From: a candidate division FCPU426 bacterium
GTDB taxonomy: Bacteria; Oederibacteriota; PGYV01; Palsa-1178
Reading direction: 5' to 3'
DNA: 64,000 nt
Assembly (NCBI GenBank): GCA_963840035.1
Contig: CAWIXE010000002.1
Coordinates: forward strand, 384,001-448,000
Shown here one piece after another: positions 18,415 to 28,655 of the stretch. The translations under genes and the position numbers were made by a program. The notes beneath the pieces are model-generated. The model saw nothing but the letters and a program-made list of their open reading frames with translations. It searched no databases and was not told the origin of the DNA. The stretch's first letter is position 1. Every line of letters begins with the position of its first letter.

Positions 18415-20577
18415 ATGTCTTCACTAATGATGGGTATTGAAACGGCTATGAGGTCTTTAAGGACGCACACAACCGCGATAAATACAGTGGGCCATAATAT
18501 TGCAAACATGAATAACGCGGACTATTCGAGGCAGCTTACCGGCATAGCGGCTACGATGCCTTTTTCACCGTCGGGATATGTCGGACAGATAGGCACCGGA
18601 TCGCAGGCGAACATGATTGAAAGGATCAGGAATACGTACCTCGACAAACAGATCAGGCTGTATGAGGAATACCTTGGCAAATGGTCGGTTATTGACCGTG
18701 TTAGTAATAATTTAAAGGCTGTTTTTCCTGAGGTGGACGGCGTCGTATCAGTCGGGCTTGAAAAAGATATCGAGGCTTTTTTTACTGCCTGGGATGATGT
18801 GGCTGCTCAGGCAAAACTTGCCGCCGCAGGGAGCCCCAATACCCTGAACGCTGCGAAAAGCAATGTTTATGAAGTTGCGGACAGCATGGCACAGTTATTA
18901 AATTCAAAAGCGCGAGACCTGACCAATATGCAGATTGACTTGAACAGCCAGGTAAGGCTGACCGTGCAGGACATAAACTCCCAGTTTAAGCAGATATATG
19001 AGCTTAACAAGCAGATAGTTCAAATCAGCGCGCTTAAACAGCAGCCAAACGACCTCCTCGACAAGAGGGACGCGGCGCTTGCGAAATTATCTGGCCTCGT
19101 GAATGTGAATATTGCTAACAGGAACGATGGTTCTGTGGTCGTGACCCTGGCAGGCTTTACGGTTGTCAATGGCGCTGATAATTACAGCGAACTGACAACG
19201 AAAGGCGGGGTTAAAGATTCAAAGCTTGAACAGATTGCCATAATGAACGCTGGCACCAAAAGCGTGGTAATTGAAAACAAATCCATAACCGGAGGCGAAC
19301 TTGCCGGGTTAATCCAGTCAAGGGATGAGACAATACAGGATTATATGATACAGCTGGATAATATAGCCAATACCATGATTACAGTGGTCAATACCTTTCA
19401 CAGGTCAGGCCAGGTCGGCGGAGTTTACAGGGATTTTTTTACAGGAAAAGACGCTTCAAGCATCGCGGTAAATAACCAGCTTGCTAACGGACAAAACGTG
19501 GCTCACTCAAGGTATGAAACATCTCCGTATTCTGGAGCCATACTTGATCCGGGTGATATCGCCGCTAGCCTGGGCGCGCTGGACAATAAATTAATCAACA
19601 ATTGGCTCGCGTCAACAAAACTGCAGGACTGGAATGGCCCATTTCCTCCGCCTCCGGCGACAAAGCCGCTTACATCAGGCAGTAAACTGGGGTTAACAGG
19701 AACGCTTACTATAAATAATAAAAATATTTTTTTTAACAGCAGCGATACCATAGCGGATCTTGTCCGGAAATTAAATGCCGACCCCAGTTCTTTTTCCGCT
19801 GTTTTTGACGAAACTACCTCCAGGCTGTATATAGTCGGTAATTCATTGATGACCGTGACTGACTCTACCTCCGGCGGACTTCTACTGAACCGTTTGAATT
19901 TGTACCAGGAGACTTTTAGCGCGTCAGAGGTACAATACACCGGTTCTATCAGGACTAACTTGCTTGTCTATACGAAGACATGGGACCAGCAGGCTAACGG
20001 CATGGATGTGGAAGCTACGGATAAAGGCACGGTAACGGTTACGTATAACGGAATTAGCAAAGATATTGATTGGAAAAACACGGAAAATTTCATTGATACT
20101 TATTATAAAATTGGCCAATTTAACGGGGCTTCAAATCCAAAACTTACAGAATACAGTTTTGATTCCGAGCCTATCTCGCTGCATCAAAAATTTGTATTCG
20201 GCACAAGCAATAACAGCGGCGCCGGCTCAAATACCATAGTTCCGTTCACCATAGCTGATAAGACAGGCAACCTGACCAGGTCCATGAAACTTGTAAGCAA
20301 CATGAGGTTCGGGGATTACTATAAAACCATCCTCGGAGGACTTTCAGGCGAAATCGCAAGTTCTGATACGATACTTGCCGAATACAAGGCCGCTCTGGAC
20401 CAGGTAAAAGGCATGCAGGAGGAAATTACAAAGGTGGACGAAAAGCAGGAACTTGCCCTGGCCAAACAGTATCAGAGGGCGTATGACGCCTCGGTAAGGC
20501 TCATGGCGGTAATAGACGAGATGTTAAATATGCTTATAAACAGGACAGCCACATCGTCCTCCAGCACAGCTGACTAA
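18415..20577 (+). CDS. flgK: Flagellar hook-associated protein FlgK
   Basis: GHNIANMNNADYSRQ, PNDLLDKRD, GGELAGL, QYQRAYDASVRLMAVIDEML. Confidence 0.92.
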   Translation: MSSLMMGIETAMRSLRTHTTAINTVGHNIANMNNADYSRQLTGIAATMPFSPSGYVGQIGTGSQANMIERIRNTYLDKQIRLYEEYLGKWSVIDRVSNNLKAVFPEVDGVVSVGLEKDIEAFFTAWDDVAAQAKLAAAGSPNTLNAAKSNVYEVADSMAQLLNSKARDLTNMQIDLNSQVRLTVQDINSQFKQIYELNKQIVQISALKQQPNDLLDKRDAALAKLSGLVNVNIANRNDGSVVVTLAGFTVVNGADNYSELTTKGGVKDSKLEQIAIMNAGTKSVVIENKSITGGELAGLIQSRDETIQDYMIQLDNIANTMITVVNTFHRSGQVGGVYRDFFTGKDASSIAVNNQLANGQNVAHSRYETSPYSGAILDPGDIAASLGALDNKLINNWLASTKLQDWNGPFPPPPATKPLTSGSKLGLTGTLTINNKNIFFNSSDTIADLVRKLNADPSSFSAVFDETTSRLYIVGNSLMTVTDSTSGGLLLNRLNLYQETFSASEVQYTGSIRTNLLVYTKTWDQQANGMDVEATDKGTVTVTYNGISKDIDWKNTENFIDTYYKIGQFNGASNPKLTEYSFDSEPISLHQKFVFGTSNNSGAGSNTIVPFTIADKTGNLTRSMKLVSNMRFGDYYKTILGGLSGEIASSDTILAEYKAALDQVKGMQEEITKVDEKQELALAKQYQRAYDASVRLMAVIDEMLNMLINRTATSSSSTAD

Positions 20578-20592
20578 TTATCACTGAATTTG

Positions 20593-20623
20593 AAGGCCGG
20601 GCAGGATTTATGCCCGGCCTTTT
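20593..20623 (+). terminator. Rho-independent terminator after flgK
   Basis: aaggccgggca-ggattta-tgcccggcctt-tt. Confidence 0.7.
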
Positions 20624-20727
20624 ATATTTAATGGCCGCTTATTAAATGCATTTACTTCAGGGATAAAAAATGATATAAGAAATTGAAGGCGGTAATATGG
20701 TGAAAAAACCTATCCAGCGGGGTATTA

Positions 20728-21732
20728 ATGACAAAAGATGATTCAGCTCGTGAAAACGGCGCGGATGGCATTTTAGACGCGTATTCAAAAGCGGTTATTT
20801 CCGTAAATAACAAGGTGGGGCCGACGGTGGTGCATATAATGGCCCGGTACGGCGAGGGCCGAGCAGGAATACCGAATAACGCGGCCGGAAAATGGGGCGA
20901 AGGCAGCGGCTCAGGCTTCATATTTACTCCTGACGGCTTTATCATGACCAATAGCCACGTAGTGCATATGGCGCAAAAGCTTGAGGTGATTCTTTCTGAC
21001 GGAAGAATTTATGAGGCGGAGATTACCGGAGACGATCCTGATACGGATATTGCCGTTATCAGGATCGCGGAATCCGGGCTGCCTGCCGCGAAAATGGGCG
21101 ATTCATCAAGGCTTAAAGTCGGCCAGCTCGTTGTGGCCATAGGAAACCCTTTCGGTTTCCATAGTTCGGTAACGTCAGGGGTCATCAGCGCTTTAGGCCG
21201 GTCTTTTCCATCCTATGGGGGAAGGGTGATGAGCAGCATGATACAAACTGACGCGGCTTTGAATCCGGGAAACTCAGGCGGGCCGCTGGTGGATTCAAAT
21301 GGCGAGGTGATCGGAGTAAACACAGCAATGATATTATACGCGCAGGGACTTTGCTTTGCGATTCCAAGCAATACGGCTTCATCGGCTGCGTATCTGCTTA
21401 TAAAAGAAGGGAAGATACGCAGGGCATACCTTGGCATAGGCGGACAGAATGTGCCGGTTCACCGCAGGGTGGTGAGGTTTTTTAACCTCCAGCATGAAAA
21501 TGGGGTTATGATCATATGGCTCGCTGACGGCAGCCCCGCAAAAAAAGCAGGGCTGTTGGAAGGCGACATAATAATATCCTTTAACGGTAATACTGTTAAT
21601 TCAATGGAAGACCTGTACGCGTACCTTACAGAGTCAGCAATCGGCCGTGATTCGGTACTGACGGTATTAAGGCGTACGGAAAAAATAGATATAATTGTGG
21701 TCCCTGATGAAGTATCCGGGGAACAAAAATAG
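20728..21732 (+). CDS. HtrA/DegP-family serine protease with one PDZ domain
   Basis: GSGSGFI, TNSHVV, DIAVI, QTDAALNPGNSGGPL. Confidence 0.92.
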   Translation: MTKDDSARENGADGILDAYSKAVISVNNKVGPTVVHIMARYGEGRAGIPNNAAGKWGEGSGSGFIFTPDGFIMTNSHVVHMAQKLEVILSDGRIYEAEITGDDPDTDIAVIRIAESGLPAAKMGDSSRLKVGQLVVAIGNPFGFHSSVTSGVISALGRSFPSYGGRVMSSMIQTDAALNPGNSGGPLVDSNGEVIGVNTAMILYAQGLCFAIPSNTASSAAYLLIKEGKIRRAYLGIGGQNVPVHRRVVRFFNLQHENGVMIIWLADGSPAKKAGLLEGDIIISFNGNTVNSMEDLYAYLTESAIGRDSVLTVLRRTEKIDIIVVPDEVSGEQK

Positions 21733-21874
21733 TACTGGTTAACACCTGATTGTCCGGCGGGTTTTATCCCTCAAATCCGCGGGGCTGCCCGTTCCATAAA
21801 TCCTTTTATAATTTTTAATTGTAAAAAGCGCGATTATGTATTATCATCATTAAAATAAATGACGGAAGGTTTAT

Positions 21875-23404
21875 ATGAATATAACAGGGGTTTTACTCAG
21901 TTTGTTTTCGGGAATACTGCTTTGTTTCAGTTTCCCCAATTTTATCGAGAACACGACCTCGGTTCATACATCGTTTTTTATGTGGTTTGCGTTTGTGCCT
22001 GTTTTTTATCTTGTATATAATACGAAAAGAATAATTGATGTATTAGCATACAGCCTGATAACAGGGCTTGTTTTTTACCTCGCGGGGTTATACTGGTTCT
22101 GTTATGTCGGGCCAATGGGCGTGTTTGCCTATGTGGCGTGGGCGGCGCTTTGCGTGTATTTCGCAGTGCTTTTCGCGGGTACAGCCGGGGCCGCTTTTAT
22201 ACTGAAACAGAAATTTGACCTGCCTTACCTGCTGACATTGCCGTCTCTTTTTACCTTTTCAGAGTTTGTAAGGGAATGGCTGTTTACCGGCTTCCCGAAC
22301 TTAACGCCTGCGCAGAGCCAGCACCAGTTCACTTTTATTTTACAGCTGTTAAAGATAACCGGCGTATACGGCCTGAATTTTATCATATACTTTATTAACG
22401 CGGCTATTGCTGCAGCCATTATCAGGGAAAGGGAAGAATTAAAGAAAGCCGGGACCGTATTATCTGCGGCAGTATTCATGATCCTGATAGTTTTGACTGT
22501 TGCCGTAAATATGAAAAAGGACACATTCAGCGGAGGCGTTTTAAAATGCGCCATATTGCAGGCAAATATTGACCAGAATGTAAAATGGGACGCGGCTTTC
22601 AGGATTAACACCTTAAGGGAATTCAGGCAGATGACACAGGAAGCCTCTGTCGTGAAACCAGACCTATATGTCTGGCCGGAAACGGGTTTCCCCGGGCAGA
22701 TAGGCGCAGATGAAAGGGCGCGTCTTGAAGTGTCGGGATGGTCAAAAGGAGCTTATAACCTTATGGGTTCTGACAGGGCTGATTTCTCGTCCGGCCATCC
22801 TAAATACTATAACAGCGTTTATTTAATATCGGGAAAGGATATACTGGGAATCTATTCAAAATACCACCTTGTGCCGTTCGGGGAATATATCCCATTTCAG
22901 GATGCAATACCTTTTGTAAACAAGGTTGTCCAGCGCTATGGATATATCGGTTTTTCCAGGGGCGTTGAGATAAAGCCAATAATGATGAATGCGTCTTACG
23001 GTTTCGGAAGCCTTATATGCTACGACAGTTTCTTCCCGGAAATATCAAGGGAATTTGCCAGAAAAGGCGCCGGATTCCTGACTAACCTTTCATATGAAAC
23101 ATGGTACGGCGTCTCACCGGCTTCAGCCCAGATATTTACCAACGCGCTGCTGCGGGCGGTTGAAAATGACCTGTATTTTGTGCGGTGTGTGGCGTCAGGT
23201 ATTTCAGGTGTGGCTGATAACAGGGGCAGGATACTTAAAACTACAAAACTTTTTACCAAGGATATACTTATCTGCGATATCAGGGTAAAAAACAGCAATG
23301 ACGCGTCCGGTTCCATGACTTTATACACGAAATACGGGGATTGGTTTCCATGGGCGGCTATATTCCTGCCGGCGGCCGTGTTAGCCATCCGGAGGAAGAA
23401 GTGA
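21875..23404 (+). CDS. lnt: Apolipoprotein N-acyltransferase
   Basis: Multiple TM segments, WPET, KYHLVPFGEYIP, ICYD, LRAVEN, TLYTKYGDWF. Confidence 0.92.
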   Translation: MNITGVLLSLFSGILLCFSFPNFIENTTSVHTSFFMWFAFVPVFYLVYNTKRIIDVLAYSLITGLVFYLAGLYWFCYVGPMGVFAYVAWAALCVYFAVLFAGTAGAAFILKQKFDLPYLLTLPSLFTFSEFVREWLFTGFPNLTPAQSQHQFTFILQLLKITGVYGLNFIIYFINAAIAAAIIREREELKKAGTVLSAAVFMILIVLTVAVNMKKDTFSGGVLKCAILQANIDQNVKWDAAFRINTLREFRQMTQEASVVKPDLYVWPETGFPGQIGADERARLEVSGWSKGAYNLMGSDRADFSSGHPKYYNSVYLISGKDILGIYSKYHLVPFGEYIPFQDAIPFVNKVVQRYGYIGFSRGVEIKPIMMNASYGFGSLICYDSFFPEISREFARKGAGFLTNLSYETWYGVSPASAQIFTNALLRAVENDLYFVRCVASGISGVADNRGRILKTTKLFTKDILICDIRVKNSNDASGSMTLYTKYGDWFPWAAIFLPAAVLAIRRKK

Positions 23405-24141
23405 TTACGCTGATTGCCGACATAGACGGCACAATGCTGGGGGATTCTTCCGGGTTAGCGGCGCTGAATAAATACCTTAAAACAATAAAAGAACAATTGC
23501 AGCTTGTTTACGCTACAGGCAGGAATATAATTGAGTTTAATGACGCCATTACAAGGGAGGGGCTGCTTTATCCTGATGCGGCAGTCCTGTGCACCGGCGC
23601 TGAAATTTACATGAAAAAAGATGGAAAGCTGGTAAAAGATTCAAAATGGCCGGAGATCATAGGCGCTTTAAGCTGGGAGCCTGAAAAGATACGCGGGCTT
23701 CTTTCCGCGGTTCAGGGATTAAGTCCGCAGGCCGGGTTAAGCGAGTATAAGATATCATATTTTATAAGCATGGCAGGGCAGGATGAAATACGCAGCCGCG
23801 TTGCCTCATTATTCAGTGATAACGGGGTAAAGGCGAAGATAATAGCCAGCCACGGTTTTTACCTTGATATACTGCCGGAAAAATGCGATAAAGGCGAGGC
23901 TGCCGCCTATCTAATGGAAAAACTTGGCAATGAAAAGGCAGACTGCGTTGTGGCCGGTGACAGCGAAAATGACGCGGATCTGTTCCATAAGTTCGCGAAT
24001 GGGATTGTGGTTGGCAACGCGCATCAGGGTTTAAAGGATATGATAGACGGCATGGGCCATTATCAGGCTCGCGCTGGCTGCGCTGACGGGGTCCTTGAAG
24101 GGCTGAAATACTATATTGACAAAGGAGTGCTGAAATTTTGA
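23401..24141 (+). CDS. HAD-IIB sucrose-phosphatase-like hydrolase
   Basis: ADIDGTM, YATGR, LDILP..DKG, AGDSEND; GTG 23401 overlaps the lnt stop. Confidence 0.8.
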   Translation: MITLIADIDGTMLGDSSGLAALNKYLKTIKEQLQLVYATGRNIIEFNDAITREGLLYPDAAVLCTGAEIYMKKDGKLVKDSKWPEIIGALSWEPEKIRGLLSAVQGLSPQAGLSEYKISYFISMAGQDEIRSRVASLFSDNGVKAKIIASHGFYLDILPEKCDKGEAAAYLMEKLGNEKADCVVAGDSENDADLFHKFANGIVVGNAHQGLKDMIDGMGHYQARAGCADGVLEGLKYYIDKGVLKF

Positions 24142-24917
24142 AAAAGAAATATTACATTCTTATATCAAATGACGACGGGTTAAGGTCCTCGGGGATTAAA
24201 GCGCTGTATGACGCTGTAAAGGATATAGCTGATGTCATAATTGCCGCGCCTGACAGGGAAAGAAGCGGGGCGGCCCACTCAATATCTGTTGTTAAACCGG
24301 TCAAGGTAAAAAAGGCGGTTTTTCACGGAGCACATGCTTTTGCTGTGTCCGGCACGCCGGCAGATTGCGCGAAAATCGGCATTTTAAACCTGGCTGTAAG
24401 AAAACCTGACCTTGTGCTCTCAGGTATAAACCATGGCCCGAATATGGCTCAGTTTATACTCTATTCCGGTACAATTGGCGCCGCGGCCGAAGCTGCCATG
24501 ATGGGGATACCGGCAATAGCTTTTTCAATAGATTCCTATAAACCGCAGGATTTTTCATTTGCCGTTAAGTATATAAGGCAGGTTGCCTTAAGCGCGCTGC
24601 AGGGAAAAATAAGGATGAAAAGCCACACGCTGCTTAATATAAACCTTCCGGACAAGCCCGAAGAAGTAATTTCCGGAGTTAAGATACTTCCCAGGGGGCT
24701 GATGGAGTATGAAGAAAAGTATATAAGGAAGTCCGGCAGTGAAAAAAATGGCTGGTATTACTGGCACATAATAGGAAAGAAAGAATCCAGGAAAAAGGAC
24801 AGGACAGACGCGGACGCATTGGAAAACGGTTTTATAACGGTGACCCCGCTTAATTTTGATTTAAATGACAGAAAGGCCATAAAAGGTTTAAACAGGCTGC
24901 ATTTCGGAAAAAAATAA
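24138..24917 (+). CDS. surE: 5'/3'-nucleotidase SurE
   Basis: ILISNDDG, SGTPADC, SGINHGPN, YSGT. Confidence 0.95.
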   Translation: MKKKYYILISNDDGLRSSGIKALYDAVKDIADVIIAAPDRERSGAAHSISVVKPVKVKKAVFHGAHAFAVSGTPADCAKIGILNLAVRKPDLVLSGINHGPNMAQFILYSGTIGAAAEAAMMGIPAIAFSIDSYKPQDFSFAVKYIRQVALSALQGKIRMKSHTLLNINLPDKPEEVISGVKILPRGLMEYEEKYIRKSGSEKNGWYYWHIIGKKESRKKDRTDADALENGFITVTPLNFDLNDRKAIKGLNRLHFGKK

Positions 24918-24951
24918 GGGGGCGTTTGCCGCCCCCGGTTTATTCGATTGA

Positions 24952-25431
24952 TTATTTTTCTTTTGTGTTTTTCATAATCTTTTTTCCGAGCTTGCGTTTG
25001 TGTTTCTCAAGTTCGGTCAAAAGTTTTTTGAACTGTTCGGGGGTTAGAATTTCCTTTACCTTGAACATCTCTTCAGTCCGTAATTTCATGAGTTTCTTCT
25101 GATCATCCGAGATTTTATCGGTCAATGAGTTGATTTTTGACCTATCCGATGTGTCTTTCTTAATCTCGTCCTGAATGTCCCACAGACTTGTTTTGATTTC
25201 GTTCCTTAAGGCGAAAATTTCCCTTTTGGAGGCGTCTCGCATCTGTGTGAGTTTCTGTTCCTCTTCGGTGGTAAGTTTAAGTTCGTCTATTACTTTAAAG
25301 ATGCCTTCGCCCATGGCAGGGCCGAAACCTTCGTCGCCGTCCGGTCCGGCTGGGCCGGGCTGCGGTTCTGCCAGCACAAAAGCCGAGGCGGTAAGCATGA
25401 GTACAATTGCGAAAACTAATGCTTTTTTCAT
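24952..25431 (-). CDS. Spy/CpxP/ZraP-like periplasmic helical protein
   Basis: Signal peptide MKKALVFAIVLMLTASAFVLA, 'LKLTTEEE' and 'ILTPEQ' LTxxQ-type motifs; RBS GGAG. Confidence 0.75.
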   Translation of the reverse strand: MKKALVFAIVLMLTASAFVLAEPQPGPAGPDGDEGFGPAMGEGIFKVIDELKLTTEEEQKLTQMRDASKREIFALRNEIKTSLWDIQDEIKKDTSDRSKINSLTDKISDDQKKLMKLRTEEMFKVKEILTPEQFKKLLTELEKHKRKLGKKIMKNTKEK

Positions 25432-25444
25432 AAAGTCTCCTCCT

Positions 25445-25891
25445 TTATAATTCGTTTTGTGTAATATCCGCTTCTTCATCATTTACAAGATAAACAGGGT
25501 AATCCTGCTCCTGAATTTCATAAGAGTCGCTGTCCATAACGCTGTATGAGTCGTATATGTGGCGCCCCATGTTATGGTGCGCGTCGGTTATTGTAATGAA
25601 GTTATAGGTAAAAATACCGGCAATCAGCATAAAGCCGGCGGCAAAGGCAAGTACAGGCCTTAAATTTTTCAAAAAAACCGGCCTGTAAAGCCCGCGAAGG
25701 TTATTAATAACCCTGGACGGCGTGTTGATTAGGCCTGCAGAAAACAGTTTTTTTATATCTTTTATGGAGTCAAATTCAGAGTTGCATACTTCACAGCCGC
25801 TAAGGTGGGATTCAAGTCCGGCCTTTTCAGAAGGGGATACTTCACCTTTTGTATAGTCATAGAACAAGGGTCTTGCTGTTTTACAGTTCAT
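25445..25891 (-). CDS. Zinc-binding anti-sigma factor (zf-HC2) with a TM helix
   Basis: MNC...HLSGCEVC (HxxxCxxC) followed by a hydrophobic segment. Confidence 0.88.
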   Translation of the reverse strand: MNCKTARPLFYDYTKGEVSPSEKAGLESHLSGCEVCNSEFDSIKDIKKLFSAGLINTPSRVINNLRGLYRPVFLKNLRPVLAFAAGFMLIAGIFTYNFITITDAHHNMGRHIYDSYSVMDSDSYEIQEQDYPVYLVNDEEADITQNEL

Positions 25892-26361
25892 GTTTTAGCC
25901 TCCTTTGCGGCAATTTCTTTGAGTTTTGTCATGGCCCGGTTTATCCGCGATTTTACCGTGCCGATATTTATTTCTAGTATTTCTGATATTTCCTTGTATG
26001 AAAAACCGCCGATTTCAGAGAGCATTACCGGGACCTTTAAGTCCGTGTTGATCCTGTCTAAAAGCGAGTGCAGCAGGGAGTGATCCTTATTTTCCACTGA
26101 TTCTTCGGGTTTTATCTCATCAAGCTTCCTGCTGTGCAGGGACTGGGAACGCATGTAGTCAATGGACCTGTTTACTGCCATCCTGTACAGGTAGGTCCTT
26201 ATGTCTGACCGGCCTTTAAAAGAGTCGATACTGTCGAAAAGCTTAATGAATACGTTCTGCATGACATCTTCGGCTTCGGGCCTGCTGCGCAATATCCCTA
26301 AGGCCACATTATATACGTATTTTGAGTGTTCCCTATAGAGCTTTTCAAACCTTGAATCCAT
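25888..26361 (-). CDS. ECF RNA polymerase sigma factor
   Basis: AEDVMQNVFIK, TYLYRMAVN, GFSYKEISEILEINIGTVKSRINRA. Confidence 0.93.
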   Translation of the reverse strand: MDSRFEKLYREHSKYVYNVALGILRSRPEAEDVMQNVFIKLFDSIDSFKGRSDIRTYLYRMAVNRSIDYMRSQSLHSRKLDEIKPEESVENKDHSLLHSLLDRINTDLKVPVMLSEIGGFSYKEISEILEINIGTVKSRINRAMTKLKEIAAKEAKT

Positions 26362-26389
26362 CGCGCATTGTCTCCTTGGTTTTCAATGA

Positions 26390-26418
26390 TTAGACGAGCG
26401 TAACCTTTAAGTTGTTCC
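26390..26418 (-). promoter_or_regulatory. Candidate autoregulatory ECF promoter
   Basis: Minus strand GGAACAA-N16-GTCTAA, about 30 nt upstream of the sigma ATG. Confidence 0.6.
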
Positions 26419-26613
26419 ATAAGTATAGCATGAAAAACAGCGGGGAATATAGCATTAGTTATAAACAATAAGCCGGAAGTAGCGCGCGAAATAAGCGTCA
26501 TATATGCATGTTCATATTGTGTTTCTGGCAGGATATTTGCTGTTTGACGGCAGCCCTAATATTTCCTGAGTATATCAATTGTCAATTGGTTGTTTATGTG
26601 ATAAAATTTTATC

Positions 26614-26979
26614 ATGATAAAAGGCATAGGAATAGATATATGCGACATTAAAAGGCTTAAAAACGCCATTACGGGCAATAAAAGGTTTTTGAAGCGCGTT
26701 TACAGCGAGAGGGAAATAAAATACTGTTCCGCGAAAAAGCATTCGATACTTAACTACGCCGGCAGGTTTGCGGTAAAAGAGGCTTTTATTAAAGCGGTGT
26801 CGTTTGATAAGACGATAAGTTTAAACGAAATTGAGGTCTTAAATAACAGCCACGGAAAGCCTGAGATCGTGCTTAATGCGAAAGTCAGGTCGCTGATGAA
26901 AAAGAAAAAAGGCACAGGGCTGAACATAAGCATCTCACATACCCATGACGCGGCGGCGGCGGTGTGTGTAATAACATAG
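26614..26979 (+). CDS. acpS: Holo-[acyl-carrier-protein] synthase
   Basis: GIGIDI, AGRFAVKEAFIKA, GKP, ISISH. Confidence 0.93.
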   Translation: MIKGIGIDICDIKRLKNAITGNKRFLKRVYSEREIKYCSAKKHSILNYAGRFAVKEAFIKAVSFDKTISLNEIEVLNNSHGKPEIVLNAKVRSLMKKKKGTGLNISISHTHDAAAAVCVIT

Positions 26980-26981
26980 AA

Positions 26982-27082
26982 CAATTTTAAATTTTCGATT
27001 TTCAATTTTCGATTACATGTATGCCGGGACGGTATTATGGCATGGTTTTTAATTGAAAATTCAGAATTGAAAATTGAAAATT
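26982..27082. repeat. 7-bp-period inverted-arm hairpin (TTCAATT/AATTGAA type)
   Basis: aattttaaattttcgattttcaattttcgatt ... aattgaaaattcagaattgaaaattgaaaatt. Confidence 0.85.
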
Positions 27083-27098
27083 TATTGGAGGTTTTATA

Positions 27099-28646
27099 AT
27101 GTACCTTGTCACCGCTTCTGAAATGAAGGAGATCGAAAAAACCACAATAGACCGCTATAAGGTGCCTTCGCTGCTTCTTATGGAAAGCGCGGGTATGAAC
27201 GTAGTTACGGCTTTAAAGCAGGAATTCGGGGCGTTATACATGCGTACTATAAATGTTTTCTGCGGCGGGGGGAACAACGGCGGCGACGGCTTCGTTATAG
27301 CCAGGCATTTAAAAGGCGAAGGCGCCAATGTCAGGATATTTTTTACGGGCGAATTCGGGGGGCTTACACCAGAGTCAAAAGTGAATTATGAATCGGCCCT
27401 GCGTTACGGCGTGGAAATAATACACATGAAAGCTGTAGAAGAGCTCCGTAAATATGAGGGGATTGTAAACAACTGCGATATCGTAATTGACGCTCTTATA
27501 GGGACAGGATTAAAACGCGACATTGACGGTTTTCTCGCCAGGCTTATTGTATACATAAACATGATGGGGAAATACGCCGTAGCCGTGGATTCTCCGTCAG
27601 GCGTTGATATCGATACCGGAGATATAAAAGGTGTAGCCATATACGCAAACCTGACAGTTACATTCGGGCTGCCAAAACTTGGATTATCTATTTATCCGGG
27701 GCTTGAGTATACGGGAAAACTTGTCGTAGCGGATATTAACTTTCCGCAGGAACTCCTCGTAAAACCGAGGCAGCATGTCTTAATTACCCGTGAAATAGCC
27801 GCAGGCATGCTTCCATACAGGAATCCGAACGCCAACAAAGGCAGTTTTGGCCCGGTGCTTATTATCGGAGGGTCAATAGGCATGACCGGCGCTGTGTCGC
27901 TTGCCGCTAAAGCCGCTTTGAAAACTGGGGCGGGAATAGTGATTGCGGCGGTGCCTGAAAGCCTATCCGCGACAATTAAAGCCGGGTCGGACGAGGTTAT
28001 TACCGCGGGGTTAAAGGAGAATAAAGAAGGATTTATAAGCGAAGGGGCCTTCAGCCAGATTATGGAAATAGCTGAGAGGGCAAAAGTTGTGGCCATTGGG
28101 CCGGGAATAGGGCGTAATAAAGATACTCAGGCACTTATACGGAAGCTGATAAAAGAGATAAAAAAGCCCTTGGTTATCGATGCGGACGCCATAAACGCGC
28201 TTTCGGATGATAAAACATGCTTGAAAAATATGGACAAAGATGTTATACTCACTCCACATATCGGTGAGATGTCCCGATTGACAGGAATAAAGATTGAGGA
28301 TATAATTAAGGACAAAATCGGCGTATTAAAGGGTTTTGCCGGTGAATATAAAGTAAATGTGCTCTTAAAAGACGGCAGGTCCGTTTTAATGGACACCGAC
28401 AGGAATATTTACGTGAATACCACCGGAAACAACGGCATGGCCACACCCGGGACCGGAGATGTGCTTACAGGCATGACTGCGGCAATAATCGCGCACAGCG
28501 TGCCTTCGGCTCAGGCCGGAATAATTTCAGCGTACATACACGGCCTTGCCGGGGACATGCTCCTGGATGAAATGAGCGAAGAAGGAATTACGGCAGGCGA
28601 TGTTGTGTTAAACGTGCCAAAAGCCATAAAGGCACTTAAAAAATAG
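27099..28646 (+). CDS. nnr: Bifunctional NAD(P)H-hydrate epimerase/dehydratase
   Basis: LLMESAG, GGGNNGGDG, DALIGTG, GPGIG, IDADA, TPHIGE, GTGDVLTG. Confidence 0.93.
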   Translation: MYLVTASEMKEIEKTTIDRYKVPSLLLMESAGMNVVTALKQEFGALYMRTINVFCGGGNNGGDGFVIARHLKGEGANVRIFFTGEFGGLTPESKVNYESALRYGVEIIHMKAVEELRKYEGIVNNCDIVIDALIGTGLKRDIDGFLARLIVYINMMGKYAVAVDSPSGVDIDTGDIKGVAIYANLTVTFGLPKLGLSIYPGLEYTGKLVVADINFPQELLVKPRQHVLITREIAAGMLPYRNPNANKGSFGPVLIIGGSIGMTGAVSLAAKAALKTGAGIVIAAVPESLSATIKAGSDEVITAGLKENKEGFISEGAFSQIMEIAERAKVVAIGPGIGRNKDTQALIRKLIKEIKKPLVIDADAINALSDDKTCLKNMDKDVILTPHIGEMSRLTGIKIEDIIKDKIGVLKGFAGEYKVNVLLKDGRSVLMDTDRNIYVNTTGNNGMATPGTGDVLTGMTAAIIAHSVPSAQAGIISAYIHGLAGDMLLDEMSEEGITAGDVVLNVPKAIKALKK

Positions 28647-28655
28647 GAGGCTCAA

